Below, one piece after another: positions 44,321-56,644 of a DNA stretch of 64,000 nt. The translations under genes were made by a program, and so were the position numbers. The DNA is from Amphiscolops sp. MND2022 (lineage: Eukaryota). Every line of letters starts with the position of its first letter. Position 1 is the first letter of the stretch. The stretch lies in NCBI GenBank assembly GCA_964187785.1, contig OZ076412.1, positions 14,260,001-14,324,000 of the forward strand, written 5' to 3'. A model generated the notes under the pieces. That model did not search any database and was not told the DNA's origin. It was given only the letters and a program-made list of their open reading frames with translations.

Positions 44321-47300
44321 GTATTACTTTTCGGAGGATACACTATAACATGGCGCTGCGACATGAACCTACCGGGGGACCACAAGCAATTGCGGGACTC
44401 CCAACATACTGGCAAGATGCATCAAAAAGCCCAACCCTCGAATGGGAAAAATGGCAAGATTTATTTGGAATGGCACTAATGGCCAAAAACAATATATCAC
44501 TTGCTGAATTAATCAAAACGGGCAATAAAGAAAAAGCCTAGTGGGGGATCTAGATGAATTACCAGCCACCAAGAAAACTATAAGTGTGTAATACCTGGCA
44601 TTGGGTTCTGCAGGAAGGAAAAAAATCACTGACAAGTTTCCAAATGCAAATGTCGCCACCATCTCCTTGCCCGATTTATTAAAGAACTGTAAAGACTGCT
44701 TCCAGAAACCGAAGAATGAAACACTGGATAGCTTCAAATTCCTCTCCCGGAAACAAAAAGAAAGAGAATCACTGAGAAACTTCTGGAATGAACTAAATGG
44801 ATTGGCGGAAAAGTGCAATTTTGGCGGGATAACAGATAGTCTCGTGAAAGATGTGTTCATAGTGAATATGGCTAACCAGGATGTACAACAGAAACTTTGC
44901 ACTGAACCGAAAACAACAGCTGAAGAGACAATACAATTTGCCATTGCATACGAAGAAGGCACATACAGACAACAATCGTTTGGTAAGCTAGATAAATCAA
45001 ACATAAAAACCGAAGCAACTGAAGTAAATAATATCAATCAAAACAATAAACGCTGGGGATCGGCTAAGAAATGCTTCCGATATGAAGGAGTATTTAACCA
45101 ACAACACCTCAAAGAATGTAAAGCCATAGGTATAACGTGCATGAAGTGTGGTAAGAAAGGACACTTTGCAAGATGCTGCCAAACAAGAAGTGCAGGAACA
45201 TTCGCGAAAAGCAGAAAAGTAGCAAAACCTCCCCAACGAATTCAACGAAAAGATGAATGGAGTAAAAGCAGTCAAGGTGAATAGTCAACTGTGGACGAAG
45301 AGAAGGTGGTACTCACAATTGAAGGAGATGAAAATGGGCAATTCACAATGAAAGGGTAAAACAATGGAATCCCATTTCAAACAATGGTTGATTCTGGATC
45401 ACCGGTAACAATATTTGCCATCGACGAAATGAAAGAAATAATGAAACGAAAATTATTATTTATCAGAGAATTACCCAATGATGAAGAATATGTGGATTTC
45501 AGCAAACGCAAACTACAACTACTGGGCTATATATTCTGTCAATTAGAAGTCGGCAACAGCAAATTACAGAAAGCTAGAATTTTGATTGCAAACAAAAAAG
45601 CAAAGTCGTTAACTGGACGTGATTGGCTGAACGCATTCAACTACAATTTTGTGTCACCCAATAAAAACGAAGGTAACCGAACAATTAACATAACTAAATC
45701 AAAAACTGAAAGACTAAATGATAAAGACAACCAAAACGAAAAAACCAATTTACAAAAAGAATTTAAAGAACTGTTTAACAGACAAGGTCAAATTCGCGGC
45801 CACACAGTAAAAATTGAGTTCAAACCGGTCGCTAAAATAACGCAACAAAAGGGAAGACGCGTACCAATTCAATTACAAGAGGCGGTTCAAGAAGGAATTG
45901 AAAGAATATTAAGTGAAGGACACATTGAGAAAGTCACCGAAGTGACAGATAAAGAATTTATCCAACCGGTCGTAATCACAGTGAAGCGCGATAAAAGCCT
46001 GAAAATAGCATTAGACGCACGCGAATTAAACAACGAACTTATTAAAGACAAAGACCAGATGCTAAAATTGGAGCATCTAGTAGACATCGTTGCTGAGCAA
46101 TTAGATAACTCTGTGAAAGGACAAGCGTGGTACACTTCGCTAGACATGCGCTACGCCTTCGACCAAGTACCATTAGAGAAAGAAACGGCACGTCACTGTA
46201 ATTTCCAAATAATAGGCGGAAAGGCCACTGGCACGTATCGCATTATCACTGGATTTTATGGACTCACAGTGATGCCTACAGAGTTCCAAAAAGTTATGGA
46301 TAAAGAATTATCAAGCCTCGCTAATACGTACGTCTTTTTGAACGAGATACTAATAGTAACTAAAGGCAATAGAGAAGACCACTACCTCCGAGTTAAACAA
46401 GTACTAGAAAAGCTCGATAAAACCAAAGTTTGTCTAAAATGGGAAAAATGCAAATTTGCCCAAAACGAAATAGAATGGTTAGGGTACAAACTAACCCAAA
46501 CAGGCATACAACCCATGAATACAAAAATTCAAGCGATAACGGACAAGTTAAAACATGAAACTTAAAAGAACTTCGGTCAAACTTGGGAGCGGTATATCAA
46601 TTAAACAACTTTATACCGAACATAGCACAACTATATTCTCCGCTACGCCCACTACTAAAACAAGATAAACCGTGGTGCTGGAACGAAAACCACTACCAAG
46701 CTTTCAATGAAACAAACAAACAAGTAAAGGAAGTAACAGAAGTAGGACACTTCAGAAAAAGTGGAAAAGCAAGAATTATTTGCGACGCAAGTAAAACTGG
46801 ATTGGGCATGGTACTACAACAACAGAACGAGATGGATTGGTGGAGACCAATCACCTTCGCATCACGTTTTCTAACCCCATTAGAAGAAAAATACTCAATC
46901 AACGAACTCGAGTTGTTAGCAGTTGTTTGGGCAGTGGAGCACTTTAAGAACTACTTGTATGGAATAAAGTTCCAAGTCATATCAAAAAGCTCTCGCAACA
47001 GTTTTAAAAAGTAGCAAAAACAATAAAACATACTCAAGCAGGCTCACGAGGTGGGTAGACCGTTTGCTCCCCTTCGATTTTGAAATCTTCCATGCCCCAG
47101 GAAGAACAATCGGTAGAGCAGACTACCTGTCACGACATCCATCACCTATAGAAGGTGAAACCGTGAAAACATCAGAACTATGGAACAACTGCTTCACAGT
47201 GAACCATGTAAATAATGTAAATAGCAATTTAGCTGAAGAAATAAACGGACCAATCAGAGGCCGTAAATGGAATAAACTGAGACACAATGACGAACGCAGC

Positions 47301-49475
47301 AAAAACGTGACCACACACAATTCACTCAATACATGTGATAAACGACAACTACACGTCCTCAACAAAATGGGACAAATGCAGTCAAACAGCGCATTCACAG
47401 GTAACTCAATTTTAAAGAAATTCGAGTCTAAAATACCGATTGCTAATAAAATTGGTGAAAACTTACTTATCGCCAACTACAAGGACGACGAAACACTCCA
47501 AAAAATTATTACTCTGGTCAAAAACCCTACAAAAGCAAAAAGTAAAGCCCTAGATAGTCCGTGGCGCGAACGCTTCACATCTCTATCCTTAGACGAATAT
47601 GATCTGCTTTATTTGGATGATCGGTATATATACCAAAAGTCCTACAAACTCCTACAAAGTAATCAAAAATTCATTACACTGGGGTCACCCTGACCGTGAC
47701 CAAATGCTTCGCCAAATTACTGACATATGGTGGCCACGTATCCACCGCGATATTACATTACTCACAAAATCGTGCCCAGAATGTCAAAATGCGGGTAAGT
47801 CAGTAAAACCTATCTTAAAACAAAAACAATTTGGTAAAATACCTACCCCTGTAGCAGTTATTGATGAAATTGCAATTGATTTTGCAGGCCCTTTCAAAAT
47901 AGCCAGAAGTACAAAGAAATATCTAATAATATCTGTAGATAGTAAAACAGGCTGGCAAGACGCAAAGTTTCTACGTGCACCAACCACAACAAAAGTAATC
48001 GAATTTCTAACCAAATATATAGCAGATAACGGAATCCCAAGACAAATACGTACGGATCCATGTACAGCATTTGAAAGCGAATAATTTAAAAATTTCTGCG
48101 ACAAACATTACATTAAACATATAATATGCCCGGTGTACGACCACAGAGGTAATGTAAAGTGGAACGGTTAATTAGAACCGTAAACGAACGACTAAGAGCT
48201 AACAACAAAATAGTTCTAGATATAGATAATACTGGGTTGTCGGAACTACTATATGCATTGAGAACTGCCCCCAAAGAACACAAAATGTCTACAGCAGAGT
48301 TACATACAGGCAGAAAATTTAATACTCTCAAAGATATAAGAAATACAAAACCTAACTACACTTTTTTAAACAACGACAGCACATTCGAGTTGGAAATGAG
48401 CGACTTCCGACTGAACCAAGACTCAGAACTACTCATCCGAGAACGGACCAGATGTTCAAAATTGGAAAACGCATACAAGAAGAAGAAAGGAAAGATAGTT
48501 GCTGAAACACAACACACAATAACAACGAAGGAACGCGGCGAATCACTACCAACACTATACAGCAAGCGAGAAGTGGCAGCTTCACGAAAATTGGCTACAT
48601 CACAGAGAAAGCCACAAAATGCCATAAGCCAATCACAAGACGCCACCAACAGCCAACCAATAAACGAACGTGAACCAGAAAACCAGAAATAATCAAACAA
48701 CTAAAGACTTCTTCCTCCCACAAAAAAAGACAACTAAACAAATTCCAAAGGAATTCAAAAGGCTACACACTGGCAAAAACTCCTTGTTGACTCAGAAGAA
48801 GAGGAGGAAAAGAAGAGAAAAAGAAAAACGGCAGAAACAAGTGCCATAAAAGCCACAGTAAACTGGGGTATCACAAAAACTGAACCACAAGAAGAACCGC
48901 TAGAGAAAACACCAGAACAACAAAAGAACGAAAGAGGAAAGAGAAATAGACACGGATAATGAACCAAGCTCATCAACTGGAGAAAGACGCTCACAACGAA
49001 ACAGAAAAGCACCATAAAACTACGGAGAAGCTGTAATGATATGTGGTGTCGAAAACGAAAAGCCGAAAAACGAGAGATTATCACAATCTCATCAAGCGAC
49101 GAAAGTCTACGATAAATCACCCAAGAAAACCCAGCCCTAATTTGTGAGTTAAAGCATGTACTGGTCGAGAAAGGCCAAGAAACCATGAAGAAAAGGAGAA
49201 GTGTGGCAGGGCTGTCAACAAAAAGAAACTAAATAAACTTTAATTGAAATTGTCAACATCAAACTGTCAATCATATATATATATATATATATATATCTAC
49301 CAATTGTTGTATGTATACCAATGTTTGTCATAGTACCAGCAGAATCATAGACCATAAAAAGAGACAGTGAATCACTTCACCATATGGTCTGAGTTGTGAA
49401 TAGATTCTTGCTAGATCTCTGTCTTCATTACTTGAAATAGAAACTGTATTACTTTTCGGAGGATACACTATAACA
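44321..49475 (+). mobile_element. Element C: decayed Gypsy/Ty3 LTR retrotransposon in SLC6 intron 2
   Basis: The last 30 bp of the 5' LTR (44321-50) match the end of the 3' LTR (49202-49475, TG..CA, with (AT)n at 49273-96). PBS TGGCGCTGCG at 44351; PPT GAAGAAAAGGAGAAG. Fragmented gag (CMKCGKKGHFARCC), protease VDSGS, RT with FLNE in place of YxDD, RNase H ICDAS and integrase IDFAGP, with many stops and frameshifts. Confidence 0.93.
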
Positions 49476-50825
49476 ATGGCATTGAAATTTCTTCAGTGTT
49501 TAAACAGACTTAAGTGTGAGTCCTTCCGTAAATGGAAGAAAAAATATATCTTTCAACATTGCGAAAATGCAAACATGAATCTAGTGTTCGTCAAATCAAC
49601 AGGTCAGGTCACTCAGGTAACAAATAGACACTTTAGGTCACTCGGGTAGGTTTCAAATCAACAGGTCAGGTCATTCAGGGGGGTTTCGTTATAGGCGCAT
49701 TCCATTAAACAAAACACAAAAAAACGAACTTTTGGTAAACCTAGGTAAAGTTAATCCAATTTGGTGGAGAAATGAAAACTCTGAAAACTCTCGATGAAAT
49801 ATAAGTTCGAATTGAAGCCAGGTAACTCTTTATCGCAAAAGTATCTTTTGATTGTTGTATAAATTTACAAAGTTTGCGTTTTTTTGGAACTGCGCGACTT
49901 TTTTTGAAATACTTCTGTTGGCGCCAGTCAATTGTGAGATCAGAAACTCAAATTCGAACGTGACTGATGAAACTTACAACTCAAAAGACTTAAAAAATTT
50001 ATCAAGATTTTAGATGGAAAAATACAAGTCTAAGCAAAAATGACCCTATGTAATAAAACACCACCCCCCGTCCCGGTAAACCGCTCACTCAATCACCCTG
50101 AAACTTGGCACACATATAGTGGTGGTGCTTCCCTAACTTTTCACTCTTAACAAGCTACCCCGTATCTCCCCTGGGTTCAGAGCTATTAACACCCAAAGAG
50201 ACCTAGGTCGGACCCCATGAATTACCCAATTTTGATGTATCAATTATTATGTGATTCTCTCATATGACCTTGAAGGAAATTCATCTCTGTTGAAATTACT
50301 GATATTTACATTGTGTAAACATACTTTCTAACCCACCTGACCAACATGCCAAAACCACCTTATAGTTTGTTTACTTAGCCAATAACTTCATTTTATGCTT
50401 TAAATGTCATTTATTTATACAACATATTTCAACTAATATTTGTTCTATATTTACTGTAGAATTGTAAACCACATGTATACCATTATGCGATAGAGATTTT
50501 AACGACTGAATAGCTGTAGTCAAGTTGGGTCTTAGGACCATTTCAATTCTCAATTCATTTCTTCACCTCTTTTCGACTTTTCGCCAAAGACTTAGGGCGA
50601 CTAAGTTAGTTACTCTCAACTTGTGGAGAGTTGGACGCGTTAAGAGACAAGGAAGAAGTGCAATTCGGGATCATTGGATCCTACTAAGTCACGATACAGT
50701 CCTTTTAATCTACGAAGCAAGCAGTGTTCGGTAACGATCCGCAGTGCCGAGCACCGAATTCAGGGCGGCGTAAAGTTTGGTCAATTGAAGGGATCAAGCA
50801 GCCGTTACATTTGGTCCGCCGACCC

Positions 50826-50920
50826 GGACATCATCATTGGGCGGACATCACATTGGGCGGACATCAACACATTGGGCGGACATCAACAGTTGGAGTGGAC
50901 ATCAGTCTGGGTGGACACTA
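50826..50920 (+). repeat. Short tandem repeats (ACATTGGGCGGACATC-like) directly after the PBS of element D
   Basis: About 5 degenerate 17-20 bp units. Confidence 0.75.
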
Positions 50921-51716
50921 CAAGAGGAACGTCGTCTTCATCGTGGGTGGATTGCATTCGTGGTGGAAGACACGTGAGCAGTTAGAGTCATCAAACGGGT
51001 GGCACAATATCTATCTGTTCAAGTGACACGAAGCTTGGAAGAGCTTCCGTGCTGGATTCTGTGGCAAACCAGAGAGCTGGGAGGACAAGCCTATTCGTAG
51101 GGACCTTCCAAACCTAGAAGTGGCAGCAGGTGATCCTGTTCGCACAGCAATCGAAAAGTATTGCAAGAGTCGTCGCATTCGAACGGAATCGCGACAAGTA
51201 GCTGAGACGACTATTCACGACGAACGAGAACAGTGGAGACTGGGTCTACAGTTGGTGACTGGAACTCTGGGAAAGTGTACACTGGGGCTTTGATATTGGA
51301 CTATTGGGCGATTTGGAACTGGATTGGTTGTGTACTCTGGGAGTTGGGCTTTAGCAGCACTCTGGAGGCAAGTGTGCTTCAATTCCAGTTTGGGACGAGT
51401 TGTATCCTTGGGAAACGTATTCCTAATTGAAAGCAAAGGTTTGAACTAAGACGTCGCTCCAAGCATATCCACCAAGTAAAGCAAAAGGATCGAGTCATTG
51501 GGCGAGGTCCACCGAAACAATCAAATCCGTCAAAGAAGGCAAGCATAATTGACATTTTGGGTTGATTCTTCAAGAATTGGCGATTGAATACTGGGTTGAG
51601 CAGTTGACACCTCAGATCTATCAAATTGCTGTTTTTGGGAAAGGTGACAAAGACGTCAAGAAACTATTGTGTAGTCAAAAAACCCCCAGTTAAACGACAA
51701 ACTGAAATCTGAACAA

Positions 51717-54700
51717 ATGAAAGCCAGAAAGAAAGAAATGCTCGAGGTGCAACATCCTCGAATGACAAATGTATTTGATCAAAGAAACACAAATCAGAGT
51801 CAAGAACTGATGGACCTCAGATCAAGAGATTTGGAAAATGATTCCGACTGGTACGTGTGGCGCTTTTATGTGGACGCCGTGGCCACCCAAGTTGGAAGAC
51901 TACGGACTCTGATTAAAGAGTTGGATGACAAGCTGGACGAGCAAGGCGCTATTCTTCGCAAAGAAGAATTGAACGATTGGGTTTTCGAATATCGCGAGAA
52001 TAAACAAGCATTGGTGCATAACGTAGATCTTATGTTGGACCTTACAAATAAAGAAAAGCAAAGACAGCTCAGTCGAAGTGTGACTGAATGGAAAGAATTC
52101 TTTGCTGAGTTAGAAGCCAGCTGGGGCTATTGGTTCCCAGATGTAAAGACATTGATGAAGGGTCCAAAAGATGAGACAGACAAAACGAAACTTCGCCAAG
52201 AGGCAAGTGGAACCTCCACAAATGCGGCAATGAGATGCACTCAAACGAGGAAGCTCAAGCAAAGTAGCTTCAACCCGACAAAACGCAATTGCTCATTGGA
52301 AGTAGCTAATGACATGAAATCACTGGCACAATCAAGCAGGGTAACTGAAGAGGAACGACGCGTTGTTGGAGCATCCAACCCCTCTGATGTGATTAAATCA
52401 ATCTGGGATGTGAAAGTGTTACCCGAACAAAGCAACAAAGGGTCAGTCAAAGCAACCTCAAAGAGCAACAGAACAACAGCTAGTTCTAAGTCATCAAATG
52501 CAAAACGAATACTTCTTCTAGAATTGGAAGCAATGAAGAAACAAGATGAAATTGATGAGCAGTTAGCTGCAGCAAGACGCAAAGCCGAGATCCGAAAGAA
52601 ACAAGAGGAGATGGACATGAGGATACTCGCAGAAGAATTAGAAATTGCTAAACTCGAAGAAGAAGCCGCTAGAGCCAAACAAGTCTTAAAAAACGACATG
52701 GATTCAGCGCGAAATGAAATGCAGCTAAAACTGACACAATCACAGAAAGTGACAAAGCAGTTGCAACCATGCAAAGTTCCGCAGGAATGTTATCGGACTT
52801 TCAAGGCAATCTCGAACTCAACAAAGCCTCTTACAGGAGCGGAACTGCGTGAGCAAAGCGCTCACTCTCGGAACAACATGAATGAAATGACGAACAAAGA
52901 GTCACCCCAGAGAAGCAACAAGGAACCCTGTTTTGGGCGAACTGATTCAAAGAGTATTGTTGGATCACATTGGCGCTCGAACCATAAAAGCGTTGAAAGT
53001 AGTTCAATGATGAGAACTGTGAAGCAAACTCAACTAAGGCAAACTTCGAGCAAAGAAAGTTCAAGTGGTCGTAATGAATCGCTGAAAAGAAAAGACGACG
53101 TTTTGGGCAAGCAAGAAGAAATGGTTTTGCTCAAAGCTCTTGACTGTACAACAAAAGGAAAGTGTACAGTGAAAAAATGGAAACCTGAGCAGATGAAGTG
53201 TTCAGACAAGTGTCCAAACCATGGAAAGTTGCAAGACAAAACTATCAAACGTGAAGCACATGAAGATTCAAATATGACAAAGATTGAAAGCAATGCAAAC
53301 AAAGGAACTTCGAAAAATCTAATCGCAGAATGGATGTGGAACTGGCCAGAAACGTTCTTTGTAGACAATGGCTGGCAAGACTTCCGATCAGAAATCTTCC
53401 TCGTGGATACAGAACAAGTTTTGGAAGAAGAGATTCACTTGGTCATGAGTGAGCACTTGGTAGTGCAAACAGAGGAGACTTTGGATTACAGAATGACTGA
53501 AACAAGGAAAGAGCATCGAAGCTCAGCCTTCGCGTCGAACAATGAAACTTCGGAAGAATTGAGTGTGCAATTGGAACTGCTGCAAGAGATGGCAGAAGTG
53601 TCCACAGTACTACAGAAAGTACAACAGGGGAAACTATTCCAAGTGACAGTGTTCTATGACATTACTTTACTTCCTGAAGAAGGAAACAAATGTTATGAAT
53701 TTGTCAAAAGTTATGACTTTGTGAATGAGCAACGATATACACTGCCAGAAGACTTGAACGAAATTGTCATGTATCAAAAGCTATGCCACGTTGCAATGAA
53801 ACATGATAAACCCGCGAAAGGCCATGCTAAAATTGAAACACAAATCGTGAATGCAACTTTTGGAAAGAAAACGGATTTCGACTTCAATGAAAGTCTTTTA
53901 GAAGAAACTATCCCGAGTCATAGTAGTATATGGAACCCTTGGAATGGTAATGGAAACTCAGGGATGGACGCAGTGGCGCAAGCTAACGTCATTGATGAAA
54001 CTCAATTGAGCAACGGCCACCGCAAGCAACTGAAGAAAAGATCTTGGAAGATTGAACATAACTGGAACCTGATACAGGAAATGGAGGAAGGAGCTCAGTT
54101 GAACATGAATGGAACACCACAAGATGACACACTTTGGCTTCGTGAGTTCAGAGACAACTCATCAGTGTCAAGAATGGAAATGTGTTCTTTGAAAGTACCA
54201 ACCACAGCAAGTTGGAGCGACGGGTCTTGCAATGGGCCGGCTGCACTTTTCAAGACAATGTGGACTCGGCATGGGTCTTTTGGTAAATTGGAAGTTTTTG
54301 CTGATCTATCGGAGCCGGTTAGAAACCTAGATGAAAAGAAATTGAAGTTTTGTAGTGAGAGAAGCACAGTGAATCTCTACAAACAGATGCGGAAGCAAAA
54401 CTCCACGGCAATGCAGTTGTTTGGAGAAAACTCGGATGTAGCTACGAAAAACGACGTGTCTGTAAGCGAAGAGCAAAATGCAGCGCAGCGACTGAGTTCA
54501 CCATACAAATCCCCTCCTATTGGATGCAAAGAGAGCATTGAACACAAAAGAAAAAACTCCGGTCGCCGTAATGTTGGAAATTCTCTTTATCTATTGGTGA
54601 TGATGATGGAAGATTCAATATTCTCTTCCGAACGCCAAATTGAAAGCTTGAGTATGGAACGATTAGAGAATGAACTCTCTTTGACCTATCTCCCCCGCGG

Positions 54701-55253
54701 TCATTCAACTTTGATGAGGAAATATGTAGCAGAGCAAATCTTGGGAAACTGTCTGGAGACATTTTCGACTTATCTGGAAATCTATTCTTTGGATGTTGAA
54801 GTAATTATGGAAGTCGAGTTAAATGTACTGAAGCAATTTTGTATCATACCTGTTAAAGGTTCAAGAGAAAAAGAATTGGTTGAACACAATAAATGTCGGA
54901 CGTTGACGATCAAGTTTGGGATAATAGGGAAAACTATCACTTCAAATGAGACAACAGTTTTTTGGAAATATTTTGTTTTATGTCAACTTGTCGACAACAA
55001 CTGTATGGTCAGGGAAATGGATTATGGGCTGGAGAAGCATTGCAGTAGAGAAAGAACACAACAAACAACTGGCAAACATGACTACGGTACAGAATTTCTC
55101 AGAAAGACAACGATGACTGATGACAATCTCAGACCACCAGTAGTGAAACTGGCACCCATGTTCTACGAAAGTGTTTTTCGGGAGAAAAACAGGGCCGGCA
55201 ATGTTGGCGCCAGTCAATTGCGAGATCAGAGACTCAAATTCGAACGTGACTGA
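51717..55253 (+). CDS. Element D single ORF, 1178 aa: BEL gag-like coiled-coil N-terminus plus eroded pol-like remainder; the stop lies inside the 3' LTR
   Basis: Uninterrupted frame. The Ser/Lys-rich plus coiled-coil block resembles the N-terminus of B gag, and the C-terminal RPPVVKLAP resembles RPIVKLAP at the end of B pol. No DSG/DTG, YxDD or DDE motifs were found. Confidence 0.8.
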   Translation: MKARKKEMLEVQHPRMTNVFDQRNTNQSQELMDLRSRDLENDSDWYVWRFYVDAVATQVGRLRTLIKELDDKLDEQGAILRKEELNDWVFEYRENKQALVHNVDLMLDLTNKEKQRQLSRSVTEWKEFFAELEASWGYWFPDVKTLMKGPKDETDKTKLRQEASGTSTNAAMRCTQTRKLKQSSFNPTKRNCSLEVANDMKSLAQSSRVTEEERRVVGASNPSDVIKSIWDVKVLPEQSNKGSVKATSKSNRTTASSKSSNAKRILLLELEAMKKQDEIDEQLAAARRKAEIRKKQEEMDMRILAEELEIAKLEEEAARAKQVLKNDMDSARNEMQLKLTQSQKVTKQLQPCKVPQECYRTFKAISNSTKPLTGAELREQSAHSRNNMNEMTNKESPQRSNKEPCFGRTDSKSIVGSHWRSNHKSVESSSMMRTVKQTQLRQTSSKESSSGRNESLKRKDDVLGKQEEMVLLKALDCTTKGKCTVKKWKPEQMKCSDKCPNHGKLQDKTIKREAHEDSNMTKIESNANKGTSKNLIAEWMWNWPETFFVDNGWQDFRSEIFLVDTEQVLEEEIHLVMSEHLVVQTEETLDYRMTETRKEHRSSAFASNNETSEELSVQLELLQEMAEVSTVLQKVQQGKLFQVTVFYDITLLPEEGNKCYEFVKSYDFVNEQRYTLPEDLNEIVMYQKLCHVAMKHDKPAKGHAKIETQIVNATFGKKTDFDFNESLLEETIPSHSSIWNPWNGNGNSGMDAVAQANVIDETQLSNGHRKQLKKRSWKIEHNWNLIQEMEEGAQLNMNGTPQDDTLWLREFRDNSSVSRMEMCSLKVPTTASWSDGSCNGPAALFKTMWTRHGSFGKLEVFADLSEPVRNLDEKKLKFCSERSTVNLYKQMRKQNSTAMQLFGENSDVATKNDVSVSEEQNAAQRLSSPYKSPPIGCKESIEHKRKNSGRRNVGNSLYLLVMMMEDSIFSSERQIESLSMERLENELSLTYLPRGHSTLMRKYVAEQILGNCLETFSTYLEIYSLDVEVIMEVELNVLKQFCIIPVKGSREKELVEHNKCRTLTIKFGIIGKTITSNETTVFWKYFVLCQLVDNNCMVREMDYGLEKHCSRERTQQTTGKHDYGTEFLRKTTMTDDNLRPPVVKLAPMFYESVFREKNRAGNVGASQLRDQRLKFERD

Positions 55254-56327
55254 TGAAACTTACAACTCAAAAGACTTAGAAAATTTATCAAGATTTTAGA
55301 TGGAAAAATACAAGTCTAAGCAAAAATGACCCTATGTAATAAAACACCACCCCCCGTCCCGGTAAACCGCTCACTCAATCACCCTGAAACTTGGCACACA
55401 TATAGTAGTGGTGCTTCCCTAACTTTTCACTCTTTACAAGCTACCCCGTATCTCCCCTGGGTTCAGAGCTATTAACACCCAAAGAGACCTAGGTCGGACC
55501 CCATGAATTACCCAATTTTGATGTATCAATTATTATGTGATTCTCTCATATGACCTTGAAGGAAATTCATCTCTGTTGAAATTACTGATATTTACATTGT
55601 GTAAACATACTTTCTAACCCACCTGACCAACATGCCAAAACCACCTTATAGTTTGTTTACTTAGCCAATAACTTCATTTTATGCTTTAAATGTCATTTAT
55701 TTATACAACATATTTCAACTAATATTTGTTCTATATTTACTGTAGAATTGTAAACCACATGTATACCATTATGCGATAGAGATTTTAACGACTGAATAGC
55801 TGTAGTCAAGTTGGGTCTTAGGACCATTTCAATTCTCAATTCATTTCTTCACCTCTTTTCGACTTTTCGCCAAAGACTTAGGGCGACTAAGTTAGTTACT
55901 CTCAACTTGTGGAGAGTTGGACGCGTTAAGAGACAAGGAAGAAGTGCAATTCGGGATCATTGGATCCTACTAAGTCACGATACAGTCCTTTTAATCTACG
56001 AAGCAAGCAGTGTTCGGTAACGATCAGCAGTGCCGAGCACCGAATTCAGGGCGGCGTAAAGTTTGGTCAATTGAAGGGATCAAGCAGCCGTTACAACTTC
56101 TTCTCTTCCTTCCATCAAACATGTCCACTTTTGGTTTGCTTGACGTTTTCAGGTTAAAAACTTGAGTTTTAATCGAGTTTTTTGAATTTTGAAGCATTTT
56201 TGAAATATTTCCACGAATCAAACCAAAACATTTTGAGTTTTTTGAGCTTTTCCGAGGAGTTCCCGGCTTGTTAATTATCTATAATGCACACAATTTTCAA
56301 AAAATTTCTGGCAATTCCTGCATGTAG

Positions 56328-56644
56328 GTTTGTATGTCAACTTATTCTGGGAGAGACACGTGTTGGGTCTATCCAGGGGGTTCGAAGAGATCGGATCCAT
56401 TCAACCGCACATGGCTGTAAGTTTGCTGGTTGCATGGATCATTGTGTATGCTTGTATCATCAAAGGAGTCCAATGGACCGGCAAGATTGTCTACTTCACC
56501 GGACTTTTCCCTTACTTGATGCTGGTCATTTTGTTCATCAGAGGAATAACGCTGGACGGAGCTTGGAATGGAATTATGTTTTATATCAAACCCGATTTCT
56601 CCAAACTTCTGGAAGGTCAAGTCTGGCTTGATGCTGGAACTCAG
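56328..56644 (+). CDS. SLC6 transporter coding exon 3; the gene continues beyond the window
   Basis: GTAG|GT acceptor and CAG|GTGAGA donor. Encodes LFWERHVL...KGVQWTGKIVYFTGLFPYLML...RGITLDGA..GI.FY.KPDFSKL...VWLDAGTQ. Confidence 0.95.

Larger units (their letters stand above)
49916..56095 (+). mobile_element. Element D: non-autonomous BEL/Pao-derived LTR element
   Basis: 894-bp LTRs at 49916-50809 and 55202-56095 (TG..CA; six substitutions seen by eye). TSD ACTTC at 49911-15 and 56096-100. tRNA-Tyr-like PBS TGGTCCGCCGACCCGGA at 50812. GGGAGAAAAACAGGGCCGGCAA precedes the 3' LTR. Confidence 0.95.

Noticed and set aside
44087-44541. ORFs containing X runs
   Set aside because: Artefacts of translating across the N gap. 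Only the part after 44350 (gag of element C) is real.
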